Shown: piece by piece, positions 1 to 9,301 of the stretch | How the letters are laid out: each line of letters opens with the position of its first letter | Numbering within the stretch: position 1 is the first letter of the stretch | Source: Candidatus Latescibacterota bacterium | Lineage (GTDB): Bacteria; Latescibacterota; UBA2968; GCA-2709665 | Assembly (NCBI GenBank): GCA_965219995.1 | Contig: CBDCOX010000002.1 | Coordinates: 4,384,001-4,448,000 of the forward strand | Length of the DNA: 64,000 nucleotides | Reading direction: 5' to 3' | Notes under the pieces: model-generated | The model's database searches: none | Told to the model about the DNA's origin: nothing | Seen by the model: only the letters and a program-made list of their open reading frames with translations | Position numbers and translations under genes: made by a program

Positions 1-219
1 TTCGGGCGGTACGTCGGTTACGTCCCGATCGTCAAAAAACACGCGGCCGGGTTCCGGCCGGTAGAATCCGGCGATTGTTCTCAACAGCGTGGTTTTGCCG
101 CATCCGGATGGCCCCAGCAGGAAGAAGAATTCGCCTTCTTCGATTTCCAGATTGACGCGTTCAACCGCGACGACGCTGCCGAAACGCTTTGTGACATCCA
201 TCAGACGAACACGCACCAT
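1..219 (-). CDS. ABC transporter ATP-binding protein, PotA/FbpC-like (5' part; runs off window)
   Basis: Manual translation from ATG at 219: MVRVRLMDVTKRFGSVVAVERVNLEIEEGEFFFLLGPSGCGKTTLLRTIAGF, with Walker A GPSGCGKT. Confidence 0.9.
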   Translation of the reverse strand, partial: MVRVRLMDVTKRFGSVVAVERVNLEIEEGEFFFLLGPSGCGKTTLLRTIAGFYRPEPGRVFFDDRDVTDVPPE

Positions 220-259
220 GGATCGCCCTCACGTCAAAAACGAATGACATTGGGAGGAT

Positions 260-1750
260 TTACGACGTCCGCTTTCGCGAGAAAGAAGCACCCCGCAGGA
301 CCGTTCTCGGCGAAATATCAGCGAGGTGGAGTACCATCGCGACCGCAAGGGCTAAAGGGAACAGGAGCGTCACCCAGTCCAGAAGACGCGATCGAAACGG
401 TGGGAGGGCATCGCCGTATTTGTTTCGGGCGAATTCCGTCCAGGTCGCCAGGGTCTTGTTGCGCAGTTCCGAGTCCCGCCAGCGGGCGCCCAGCCGGACG
501 CAGGCTTCCTCGCTTACAGGTACTTCAGAAAGCCCGCGAACAATCCCCGGAGTCACGCCTTCTCCGATCGCCGATTTCCACGCGTCTTGCAGTTGTTCGT
601 GAGAATCGATCACCATGGCCCCGATCAGATCGTTCAGGACGCGCCACCTTGCGGACGCCTTTTCGGAGTCATAGACGAGATCCGAAGTCCACTCGAACGG
701 GTTCAATGAAACGGCCGCTTCGTCGGTATACCGCCGGTAAAGATCGGGTAAAACCGTAAACCGGTTCAACGCTGTTTCCACGGGGCCGCCCGGAGCGCCT
801 TTCTTCAGAAACCACAGTTTCTGTCCCGCATCCGACATGACAAACTCGACGAAACTCCGAGCCGCATGCAGGTTCGGCGCACCTTTGAGGATCGCCACCC
901 CGTCGGGATTGACGATGGTCAGATTGTCGGGCATCGTGAACCCGATATTGTCCGCTCCCACCTGGCTGACCTGGGCCCAGGCATAGAAGTCGATGGACAG
1001 GCCGTAGGCTACTTCGCCGGCGGCGACATCCTTGGGCGCCTGGGCGCCGCCCGAAGCGAAGTTTCGGACATTGGCCCCCAGTGTCGTAATGACCTCCCAT
1101 CCCCGTTCCCAACCGTATGCCTGCAGGATCAACTCATATGCCATGTGTACGCTTCCACTGCTCCGCGGATCGCCCGACCCGACCCACGAAAACAATCGAG
1201 GATCCCCGAGATCTGCCCAGGTCCGCGGAAGCGGCAGACCCAGAAGCTCGAGCACCGCACGATTGTAGACAATACCGAAACCCGCCAGGGTGGCGCCGAA
1301 CCAGCGGTAATCGGGATCGTAAAGCGGCACGCCGCCGATTTTTCGAGGCAAACGATCCAATAACTCATCCGAGAGTCGATGGGCCGAGAACAAGCCCATG
1401 TCGGCAAGCTCCATAAACGGATCCATGCCGCCGCCGAAAAAGACGTCGATTCCGACGCCCGCCGGGGCGCGGCTGAACTCCGACTTGATGTATCTCAGAA
1501 TCGAACTGGTGCCGCCACCGACATCCAGCCATTCCAGGACGATCTCCCGTCCGGTCAGCGTGGTATAGTGCGACCTGAAGGCCGCCTCGAATTCGTTCTG
1601 CACGCCGTCCGGATGCGGCGAGATCAGCACGAGCCGGTCCGTCGCGGCCGTCGTGATGACGGGATTGAGGGTACAAAAGAAAATCAACAAAAAACGTCCC
1701 AATCCAAGGGACTGAGACGCATGCGACGGGCGTTTTGACAGGCGATTCAC
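260..1750 (-). CDS. ABC transporter substrate-binding protein (AfuA/Fe3+/thiamine-like) with C-terminal hydrophobic segment
   Basis: Signal peptide; DVFFGGG, GIVYNR, PRTWADL, DPRSSGS, AILKGAPN motifs; next to ABC ATPase. Confidence 0.85.
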   Translation of the reverse strand: MNRLSKRPSHASQSLGLGRFLLIFFCTLNPVITTAATDRLVLISPHPDGVQNEFEAAFRSHYTTLTGREIVLEWLDVGGGTSSILRYIKSEFSRAPAGVGIDVFFGGGMDPFMELADMGLFSAHRLSDELLDRLPRKIGGVPLYDPDYRWFGATLAGFGIVYNRAVLELLGLPLPRTWADLGDPRLFSWVGSGDPRSSGSVHMAYELILQAYGWERGWEVITTLGANVRNFASGGAQAPKDVAAGEVAYGLSIDFYAWAQVSQVGADNIGFTMPDNLTIVNPDGVAILKGAPNLHAARSFVEFVMSDAGQKLWFLKKGAPGGPVETALNRFTVLPDLYRRYTDEAAVSLNPFEWTSDLVYDSEKASARWRVLNDLIGAMVIDSHEQLQDAWKSAIGEGVTPGIVRGLSEVPVSEEACVRLGARWRDSELRNKTLATWTEFARNKYGDALPPFRSRLLDWVTLLFPLALAVAMVLHLADISPRTVLRGASFSRKRTS

Positions 1751-2937
1751 GGGCCGATATCCTCAACGCTTCCGATCTTGTTTCCGGTCGGATCGGTGAA
1801 CCAGATCCTGCCGATCCGATCGACTGTCAGCCTTCCGACGCCAGAGACCGATGACGGCAGTTCGAGAATCCGAATGCTGGAAGCCTCGGGATCGAATCGG
1901 GCGATATATTCGGACTGATCACCCGCGTACCAGATTCGGCCGTTCGTGTCCGCTGCCAGCGAGGTTGGATCGGGCCCGTCTTCGGGCAACAGGTAGCTCA
2001 CGAAATCTCCCGTCGCCAGCAGGTCCCACATGTGCAGCTGATAGGATTCCGTGGAAAACCAGATCTGCCCGCCGGCATCCAGTACGAACTGCCTTATCGT
2101 CAGGTTCTGCGCGGGTACCGCGATCTCCACGATCTCCTTCGTTTCCGGATTCATCCGGCCGAATTTCCCGGCGGCGCGTTCCACAAATACCAGCACCCCT
2201 TCACTATCTGTAAGTATCTCGTCCAGCCCCGCGGAGGGAGTGAACACGGGATACTCATCGAACCTGCTGCGATCCGGATCGAAACGGCCAATCTGGTTGC
2301 CGGATTCCTGCGTGAACCAGAGAACCCCCTTTCGGTCGAAAACGAGGCCGCTGGGTCGGCTTCCCGGCGTGGGTACGGTATACATGCGGATCTCTTGGGA
2401 AATCGGATCGAGGCGGCCGATCGCGTTTGCGACGACATCCGTGAACCAGACGATCCCGCGGCCGTCGACGACGAGCCGCGTGGGCCGCCCGCCGGGGGTC
2501 GGTAACGGATATTCAACGAATGTCCCGGTTGACGGATCGAACCGGCCGATCTGATTGGCGCCCGTCTGCGCGAACCAGACACGCCCCAGGGCATCCACAA
2601 CGATATCCTGGGGCTGGCTGCCCAGCGTCGGCACCGCATAGATGTCCACCGACCCTACAGCGACGTCTTCTTCCACATGAGAATGCATCACCGTATGCTG
2701 GGCCTTGTCGTAAAGGCGCGCGAAGATCAGAAAATCCTGAAGATCCACGGCGTTGTCGCCGTTCAGGTCGAAGCGTGTATCTTCGGTACCGAATGCCTGC
2801 GCAAGAAGGATGAAATCCCCGAAGTCGATCACATCGTTGTCGTCGAAATCGATGTCGGCCGTGGACTGGGCGAACACGGTCGAAAGAAGGATACCGACCG
2901 AGAACGTCCAGGTCCCTGTTTTCTTAAGGATATTCAT
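1747..2937 (-). CDS. Secreted Vgb/NHL-like beta-propeller protein with N-terminal dockerin-like EF-hand pair
   Basis: Repeated P..I.VD..G.VWFT....N.IGRFDP units; N-terminal DFDDNDVIDFGDF...DLNGDNAVDLQDF; start placed at MNILKK (ORF track 3069). Confidence 0.8.
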   Translation of the reverse strand: MNILKKTGTWTFSVGILLSTVFAQSTADIDFDDNDVIDFGDFILLAQAFGTEDTRFDLNGDNAVDLQDFLIFARLYDKAQHTVMHSHVEEDVAVGSVDIYAVPTLGSQPQDIVVDALGRVWFAQTGANQIGRFDPSTGTFVEYPLPTPGGRPTRLVVDGRGIVWFTDVVANAIGRLDPISQEIRMYTVPTPGSRPSGLVFDRKGVLWFTQESGNQIGRFDPDRSRFDEYPVFTPSAGLDEILTDSEGVLVFVERAAGKFGRMNPETKEIVEIAVPAQNLTIRQFVLDAGGQIWFSTESYQLHMWDLLATGDFVSYLLPEDGPDPTSLAADTNGRIWYAGDQSEYIARFDPEASSIRILELPSSVSGVGRLTVDRIGRIWFTDPTGNKIGSVEDIGP

Positions 2938-2989
2938 CTCTCGTTCGCGATTGAAAACCGCAGGATGCGTGAATGAATTGGCAGCAGAT

Positions 2990-4471
2990 TCAACCGGTTC
3001 GGTTTCCCGCGCGGGCAAGTTCGAATATGGCCCTGGCAGCTTCAAGACGCAGGCCCGGTTCCGCGTCATTCAGGTACGGCCGAAGCGTCGTCAACTGATT
3101 CAGATCACGCGAATTCGCCAATCCTCTCAACGCTGCGGCCTGAAGGATCGCTTCGTCGCTTTGCTCCAGGATCTCGCTCAGCGCCCTGGACGCCCCCACG
3201 TGCGCAATCTGTCCAAGCGATTCAACGATCGCTTCGCGGATATCCGGCGACGCCTCCTGATGAAATGCCCATAAAAGTGTATTGGCTGCCTCGGCGTCGC
3301 TGGTTTTGCCCAGCGCCTGCACAACGGCCCGGCGAACGGAAATTTCCTCTTCTCGCGAGAGCGCTTTCTTCAGGGCGGGGATCCTTCCGGCATCGCCGAT
3401 GATTCCCAGAATTTCCGCGGCGCGCTTGCGAAACGGACGGTGTGCGCTCTCCAAATCGGGTTCCAGTTCCTCTGAAAACTCAAGCCCATGACCGAGCCTC
3501 GCGAGGGACCAGGCCGCGATGAGCCGGAACGGTTGACTCTCGGGTCCGTAGAAGGCGGACCGCAGGAGGTCCACCGCCGTTGAATCCTGAACCCACCCCA
3601 GTCCCTCCGCGGCCAGCAGCCTGTCCATCGCGTCGCCCTCTTCCAGCAGCTGTTTCTTGAGATAGTCGCCAATCGTTGTCGCGGACAGGCCTCCCAGCGC
3701 CTCGAAGCAGCGAATACGCAGGGACTGTTGCCAGGCTGTCTGTTTCGCCACCGTCTCAAGGTGGCCGATCGCTTCGGCCGTGCCGTACGATTCCAGAGCC
3801 TCCACCATGACCAGTGAAGTCGAGAGCTGTTTTGTTTTCTTCAGCGTATCGGCAACGGCGGACAGACTCTGCAGATCTCCCAGCCGGGAGAGCGCCAATG
3901 CGGCGGCGGATCGTACCACCGGATCGGGATCTTCTCCAAATGCCCGACGCAGCGCAGGAACCGTCGACGAGTTCCCCAGTTGACCCAGTGAGGCGGCCGC
4001 TTTTGACCGGACCATGCTCATCTGACCGTTCCCGAGCGTTTCCGCGAGCCATGGACCCATCGTCTCCGGATTCAGACGTTCAAGCGCCGCTGCAACTTCC
4101 ACTTTCACGAGAGCGCTTTCGGTTTTTTCGAACAGGCCGGTGAGTGCCTCGACGGCACCCGGGCCATTCCGCCTGCCGAGCGTTTCGGCCGCCCGAAGCA
4201 CCACGATCTGATCAGGATGGTCGAGCAGAGTGAGAAATGCCGATTGCGTATCCGGGCTGTCCTGACCGCCAAGGACCGTTACGGCCTCCGCGACCAGGGC
4301 GCCGTCCAGACCGGCGTTGCGGACCAGGCCGAGTACCGTGTTCAGCGCGTCTTTTTCGGCCCGTGCCACTTCCTGGGGACCGACGCCGCAACCCCACGCC
4401 ACGACACAGACCAGGATGAACCACCCAACGCGGGAAACCGGCCGCTCCCGCCCGCGGTTTGACTCACGCAT
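2990..4471 (-). CDS. HEAT (PBS lyase-like) repeat protein, probable lipoprotein
   Basis: Many VR..AA..LG.LG repeats; hydrophobic N-terminus ending VAWGC; start 3 nt from upstream stop. Confidence 0.8.
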   Translation of the reverse strand: MRESNRGRERPVSRVGWFILVCVVAWGCGVGPQEVARAEKDALNTVLGLVRNAGLDGALVAEAVTVLGGQDSPDTQSAFLTLLDHPDQIVVLRAAETLGRRNGPGAVEALTGLFEKTESALVKVEVAAALERLNPETMGPWLAETLGNGQMSMVRSKAAASLGQLGNSSTVPALRRAFGEDPDPVVRSAAALALSRLGDLQSLSAVADTLKKTKQLSTSLVMVEALESYGTAEAIGHLETVAKQTAWQQSLRIRCFEALGGLSATTIGDYLKKQLLEEGDAMDRLLAAEGLGWVQDSTAVDLLRSAFYGPESQPFRLIAAWSLARLGHGLEFSEELEPDLESAHRPFRKRAAEILGIIGDAGRIPALKKALSREEEISVRRAVVQALGKTSDAEAANTLLWAFHQEASPDIREAIVESLGQIAHVGASRALSEILEQSDEAILQAAALRGLANSRDLNQLTTLRPYLNDAEPGLRLEAARAIFELARAGNRTG

Positions 4472-4473
4472 AC

Positions 4474-5859
4474 CTATTCGACTCCCACGACACAACGAAA
4501 CCCGACGTCGGACCGTCTTGCGTCGGACTCCGCCCAGGACGCGCCAGTACATTTCGCCCGCTTTTCATCGTCCAGCCACGAGCCGCCGTAGATTGCCCGA
4601 AGTTCCCTCTTGTTTCCATACCATCCGTCCACCCATTCCCATACGTTGCCGACCATGTCCCTGACGCCATAGACGTTGGGAGACCCCTTTGCAACTTCCG
4701 ATGCGCCCGCGTCCCAGGCCAGGCCCGTTCGGCCCCTGGCGGGATCATAACGCTTGCCGTAGGAATAGATATCGCCCTTCTCACCCAGACATGCCGCAAC
4801 CCATTCTTCAGACGTGGGCAGCCTCTTGCCGAGGGAACCGCAGTAAGCCCGCGCCTGTTCGTGTGTGATTCCGGTGGCGGGCATTCGAGGCCCGCCCGAA
4901 AACTCATCCGGTCTGTAACCCGGATCGAACGCCCGGAACGCTTCGACGCTGACTTCGTGCGGATCGATGAAGAAGGTCTGGAACGCGGAGGTCTCGATTT
5001 TCAGCATGCCTTCGACCTTTCTGGCAAAAGCCGCTGCCACTCGCTCCGCCTCGGCCGCACGAGCCTGTTCTTCAGCAAGTTCGACTTCCCGCGCTGTTTT
5101 TGCCTTTGCTTCGATCTTGGCCTTCCGGGCCTCCTCAGCCGCCCTGATGGCGGCTTTGCGGCGCGCGGCTTCCCTGCGAACCCGCGCCTGAATCCTGCGC
5201 CGGGCCTTCGCCTCTGCCTCTGCCAGCCGAATCCGATCGGCGTCCGTAAGAGTTCGCGCGCACCGAAATCCGTAATTCAGCGATTTCAAATCGACTTTGG
5301 CCCGTCTGGCGGAGCCGCACCGCGTCAACCTCGGACCGTCCGTCCAGGAACCGCCGTACACTTTCTGCATTCCGCTTTTCGCGCCGGCGTCGTCCACCCA
5401 CTCCCACACATTTCCCGACATATCATACAGCCCCGCTTTATTCTCTTCGTAGCTCATTACCGCCTTGGGTCCGTCGGTCCAGTTCTTCCGGCCCACCCGT
5501 GCGAGGTTGGGATCGAAGTTGTTTCCGTAGGCATAAGCCGATCCCTCGATTCCGCCGCAGGCCACGACCCACTCGTCCGATGTCGGCAGGCGTTTGCCCT
5601 GCGCCTCGCAATACGCCCTTGCCTGAGTGAACGAGATTGCCGTCGCCGGCATCTTCGCATCTTCGAAATAGGTGTACGCCGGGTGATAATCCGGATCGAA
5701 TGCCTTCATCTGCTCGACCGTCACTTCGTGCCTGGCCATATAGAATCGTTCCTGCCCGGACTGCACCAGGACCATTTCGTCTCCGGGCGGCTGAGCGGGA
5801 ACCGCCCACGGAATGAATCCAGCCGCAACCGTTATCGCGAAATGTGCTATCCACCGCAC
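4474..5859 (-). CDS. Tandem SUMF1/FGE-sulfatase-fold protein with Ala/Arg/Glu-rich helical linker
   Basis: Two copies of HEV(T/S)V...KRLPTS.EWV.AC...DM.GNVWEWV...GGSW...GFRC; start (GTG 5859) uncertain. Confidence 0.85.
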   Translation of the reverse strand: MRWIAHFAITVAAGFIPWAVPAQPPGDEMVLVQSGQERFYMARHEVTVEQMKAFDPDYHPAYTYFEDAKMPATAISFTQARAYCEAQGKRLPTSDEWVVACGGIEGSAYAYGNNFDPNLARVGRKNWTDGPKAVMSYEENKAGLYDMSGNVWEWVDDAGAKSGMQKVYGGSWTDGPRLTRCGSARRAKVDLKSLNYGFRCARTLTDADRIRLAEAEAKARRRIQARVRREAARRKAAIRAAEEARKAKIEAKAKTAREVELAEEQARAAEAERVAAAFARKVEGMLKIETSAFQTFFIDPHEVSVEAFRAFDPGYRPDEFSGGPRMPATGITHEQARAYCGSLGKRLPTSEEWVAACLGEKGDIYSYGKRYDPARGRTGLAWDAGASEVAKGSPNVYGVRDMVGNVWEWVDGWYGNKRELRAIYGGSWLDDEKRAKCTGASWAESDARRSDVGFRCVVGVE

Positions 5860-5860
5860 C

Positions 5861-6856
5861 TCAAAATTCCCCGAGCAATTCCTGGCGTTCGTCGCCTTCG
5901 CCAAGAATCAGGCTGATGTCCCATTCGTATTGGCCGTTGGCCGGCGCCACACCGCAGGCTTTCAATCCCCACGCGGTATCCAGACGATCGACCTGCGACG
6001 TGGAGGGCTCCAGCGCCGCGTGATGAAGGTTGTTCCATCCGCCTTCGTTAATCCACAAGCCCAGGTGCGAGAGCTTTTTGGCGGGAAACAGGAAACCGAT
6101 AAATTCCCCGTTCGGATAAACCAGCGCACAGCGGCCCTGCTCCAGCCGCGTGGAAAAAAGCTTCTCGGCCTCTTTCGTGCGGCTGGACCGGATCGAGGAC
6201 CGGTTATAGTCCTTGTCCAGGGTCAGATCCGTTACTTTGGGCCAGACATGCCGTGTCATTGGCGGCCCGAGGCGGTCTTCCGTACTCATGTAGGACACCA
6301 CGTCGGTTCCGGAAGGCATCAGGACGCGCGAGCGGGTCTCCACCTTGAACAGCGGGTGGAACGCATAGACGAACGGCATGTCAAACGGGCTTTCATTCTG
6401 AACCGTATAGGAAAACCGAATATACGGCTTTTCGCCGCGTGCCAGCGTTTCGAAGCGGACCTCGCGTTTGAACACATAGGGAAGCCGCACGCCTCGCACC
6501 CACATCTGCAGGCGTCCCTGTTTGACTTCATACTCCCAGGGAAGCGTCCATACCTCTCCATGATCCGGAATCGGCGTGCCTTCCCACGGAAAAGCAGGGT
6601 ACGGACAGGCTTCGACGGTGGGAAAACACTCGTCCGCGCCGTCGCGTTCGTAATTCTCGAAGCGGTCCGCGTAGGTCCGGCGTCTGTGCGGGATGCTCGT
6701 GCGTGACAGAAACTCACGCCCGGTCGCCTTATTGACAAGAGAGGTTATCTTGCCGCCCAGTTCGGGTACGACAACGAGGGAGAAGAATTCGGTGTCCAGC
6801 TTTATTCCCGAAATATCCGGCGTCAGCTCCACCTCTTCCAGCTTGAATTTTTTCAT
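5861..6856 (-). CDS. Aldose 1-epimerase / galactose mutarotase-like protein
   Basis: VVPELGGKITSL, GADECFPT, PDHGEVW, YAFHPLF, ALEPST motifs; GAAGGAG RBS. Confidence 0.8.
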   Translation of the reverse strand: MKKFKLEEVELTPDISGIKLDTEFFSLVVVPELGGKITSLVNKATGREFLSRTSIPHRRRTYADRFENYERDGADECFPTVEACPYPAFPWEGTPIPDHGEVWTLPWEYEVKQGRLQMWVRGVRLPYVFKREVRFETLARGEKPYIRFSYTVQNESPFDMPFVYAFHPLFKVETRSRVLMPSGTDVVSYMSTEDRLGPPMTRHVWPKVTDLTLDKDYNRSSIRSSRTKEAEKLFSTRLEQGRCALVYPNGEFIGFLFPAKKLSHLGLWINEGGWNNLHHAALEPSTSQVDRLDTAWGLKACGVAPANGQYEWDISLILGEGDERQELLGEF

Positions 6857-6962
6857 GCTTTTCGTATCCTCTCCTTCGCATTAAGGACCGAACGGCCGGA
6901 CGCTGTCCTCGGGGACGCCCTGGTCAGACGCGTTGCGCGGCAAACCTGTTCCACGAATTCTT

Positions 6963-7934
6963 CTACGGAGTTCGTACGGGAATTCTTTGTTGAACCAGGC
7001 GGCCGATGTGCGCAACGCCGAGCAGATCGAAATATTCCCGATCGTCGTCTCGTGGGCGAAAGGGAACGTATTCAAGCATCCGCGCCAGTACGCTGTTCTG
7101 CCTGGCGACTTCCTCCGGTATGGGGATGTTGAGACGCCTCATCACGGTTTTCATCCGTACCCTTCCTTTGCGTATCCATCCGCCGTCGTACGTGATGTCG
7201 AGCGATCCTTGCGCCGTGCGGATGATCGGAACCGGATGCTCGGCCAGCTTCAGGTCTCGCAGCGACGTCTCGTAGACTGCAATCTTGTAGGCATTCGGAC
7301 TCCCATGCTCGTCGTATCCGTCCGGATAGAGGGGTTCCTCGGCCACCATCGTCCCCAGTCTTTCGTAGAGTTCCTCGGTGCCAAGCGCAGTCGCTTCCAG
7401 ACTGTAGAGCGATTTCCTGCTCTCCACGTGGAAGATTTCCACGCGGAGATTCAGATGCATCCCCTCGAACGGCGAAGACCAGCTGAAGCCGTCGAATTCG
7501 CCGATCCTGTGGCTGCGTTTTATATAGTAGTGCGCCACACACACGGCGTCCACGTTCCGGGCACGGTCGATCACTTCTCCGAGTTGCAATCCGTTCCAGC
7601 CGCCCTGGTGTCTTACCAGGTATCCTCTGGCCTGGAGCGCGGCACGGATCGCTTCGTAAAGCCGGAGTTCGTACCTGGGCGGCATACGAAACGGGTCCCC
7701 CTGCAACTGGCGGCTGAATCCCAACACGACTCTCCCGGCGTACCGGAGCCCGAGGTCCGGATCCCGGTCCGACGCCAATACAATGAGGCCGATCCGTTTG
7801 GGCCGATAGCGCGCAAAGGCCGCCGCCGCCGAGCTCGTGCCTTCGGCGAAAGCCTCCTTCTTTACTTCTCCAGGTTCGCAGGGCGCCGCCACGATACACG
7901 ACAACCCGAACAGAATCAAGAAACGCACACACAC
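6963..7934 (-). CDS. Hypothetical exported protein
   Basis: 323-aa ORF in line with neighbours; hydrophobic N-terminus; no recognised domain. Confidence 0.6.
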   Translation of the reverse strand: MCVRFLILFGLSCIVAAPCEPGEVKKEAFAEGTSSAAAAFARYRPKRIGLIVLASDRDPDLGLRYAGRVVLGFSRQLQGDPFRMPPRYELRLYEAIRAALQARGYLVRHQGGWNGLQLGEVIDRARNVDAVCVAHYYIKRSHRIGEFDGFSWSSPFEGMHLNLRVEIFHVESRKSLYSLEATALGTEELYERLGTMVAEEPLYPDGYDEHGSPNAYKIAVYETSLRDLKLAEHPVPIIRTAQGSLDITYDGGWIRKGRVRMKTVMRRLNIPIPEEVARQNSVLARMLEYVPFRPRDDDREYFDLLGVAHIGRLVQQRIPVRTP

Positions 7935-7942
7935 CCCCGGTT

Positions 7943-9262
7943 TCAGTTGTTGCGCTTGAGTACATCCAGCAATTCGAGCGTCGCGGATTTGATCAGTCGT
8001 TCGCAGGCCGACGTTATCATCAACGTGCCGTAATATCGAAACGCGTGGTCAACTTCGTACCCGCCCTCCGGAAATGCCCCCGACGTCGGCACGTATCCGA
8101 TGCATCCGTTGCTGTACGCCAGCGTAAACGTCTTTTCGAACGGCGACGCCCGGTCCATTTCCAGCTGATAATCCACGAACATCTCGCCGGGATACGCCAC
8201 CAGCGCCGCCTCGCCGATGCGCATCGCCTGAATCTCGAACGCTTCCGGGCGGGGACGCCGGTTCCGCGCGGTGCGCAGATAATCTTCCGCCCATTGAACC
8301 TGACCACGGTACTGGCGAATCAGATAGTCGGTCGCGTCGGGGTCCTGCTCGGCCTGCCTTACCCGCGCCTTCTGCTCCTCGAGCGCACGTTCCGCCTCGT
8401 CTTCGGAGGGAATTCTCGTGGGCAGGTGGATCACCTGAGTGGCTGCATCCAGTCGATTCGACCGCAACGCTTCGGAGCCGCGGGCGGCTGCGACGGCTGC
8501 CTTACCCAGCAGTTCGCCTTGCTGCTCGGTCGTTTGCAGCGTGCCGTCCATTGGCGTACAGTTGATGTCGCCGCAACAGCCCTGCGCAAACATCGGCAGC
8601 GCGCCGTCCAATTCACGACGGATCGTCCGCGCCGCATATCCCGGGAATTCAGCGCTGAATGCCAGGCCCCGCAGGTTGACGGGGTGGGCCGCCGTCGAAT
8701 ATAGAAGCCCGAGTGCGGATCCCGACCGGCGGTCGATGCGCAGCACGTCCACCCAGGGAGCTTCGGCGCCCTCCGGGTTGCGTCCGATCGTCATCCGTCC
8801 GTTACGTACCGCGCGGCGGTTTATGGCAATCCTGACGGGCGCGCGGCCAATCCGCAGTGAAACGGCCTCCAGGCGGTCCGCCGCCATCCGGACGGCGCCC
8901 GTCACCTGCCGGCAAAGCACATCCTCGTAAGCGCTGTCCCGCAGGCCCATGCTGCGAAACGACATTACCGTGGGGCCGGAATGAGAGTGCGATCCGTTCA
9001 ACAACAGGGCCGCGCCGGGTACGCCCGCACCGCGTTCGACCAGAATCCGTATCCGCTGAACGAGGTCGGGCGCAAACGAGATGAGATCCGTCGTTACGAT
9101 CGCCAGCCGCGTCCGGCCGTCGTCGAGTACCAGCGCGCGTGCGAACAGGTCGTCGCAGACGGTTTCGGCCGGCCCCTTCCGGTGTCCGAATCCGCACAGC
9201 GACATGCCGATTGGCGGCGTAATGTTGACTTCGGCAACGCCGGCCTTCAGTTCGCCCGTCAC
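7943..9262 (-). CDS. Neutral/alkaline ceramidase-family hydrolase
   Basis: AGVAEVNITPP, LFARALVLDDG, SHSHSGP, AAHP, QGCCGDIN, YSNGCIGYVPT..F.EGGYE. Confidence 0.8.
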   Translation of the reverse strand: MTGELKAGVAEVNITPPIGMSLCGFGHRKGPAETVCDDLFARALVLDDGRTRLAIVTTDLISFAPDLVQRIRILVERGAGVPGAALLLNGSHSHSGPTVMSFRSMGLRDSAYEDVLCRQVTGAVRMAADRLEAVSLRIGRAPVRIAINRRAVRNGRMTIGRNPEGAEAPWVDVLRIDRRSGSALGLLYSTAAHPVNLRGLAFSAEFPGYAARTIRRELDGALPMFAQGCCGDINCTPMDGTLQTTEQQGELLGKAAVAAARGSEALRSNRLDAATQVIHLPTRIPSEDEAERALEEQKARVRQAEQDPDATDYLIRQYRGQVQWAEDYLRTARNRRPRPEAFEIQAMRIGEAALVAYPGEMFVDYQLEMDRASPFEKTFTLAYSNGCIGYVPTSGAFPEGGYEVDHAFRYYGTLMITSACERLIKSATLELLDVLKRNN

Positions 9263-9301
9263 GGGAACCTCCCAACCCGATCACACAGACCGCTTATCCG
9301 G

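Noticed and set aside
1747-2937. Virginiamycin B lyase resistance gene
   Set aside because: Only the propeller repeat pattern matches; signal peptide and EF-hand tag suggest another role
4474-5859. Diversity-generating retroelement target (SUMF1/CLec fold)
   Set aside because: No reverse transcriptase or template repeat in the window; the two domains are broadly diverged, not an adenine-specific pair
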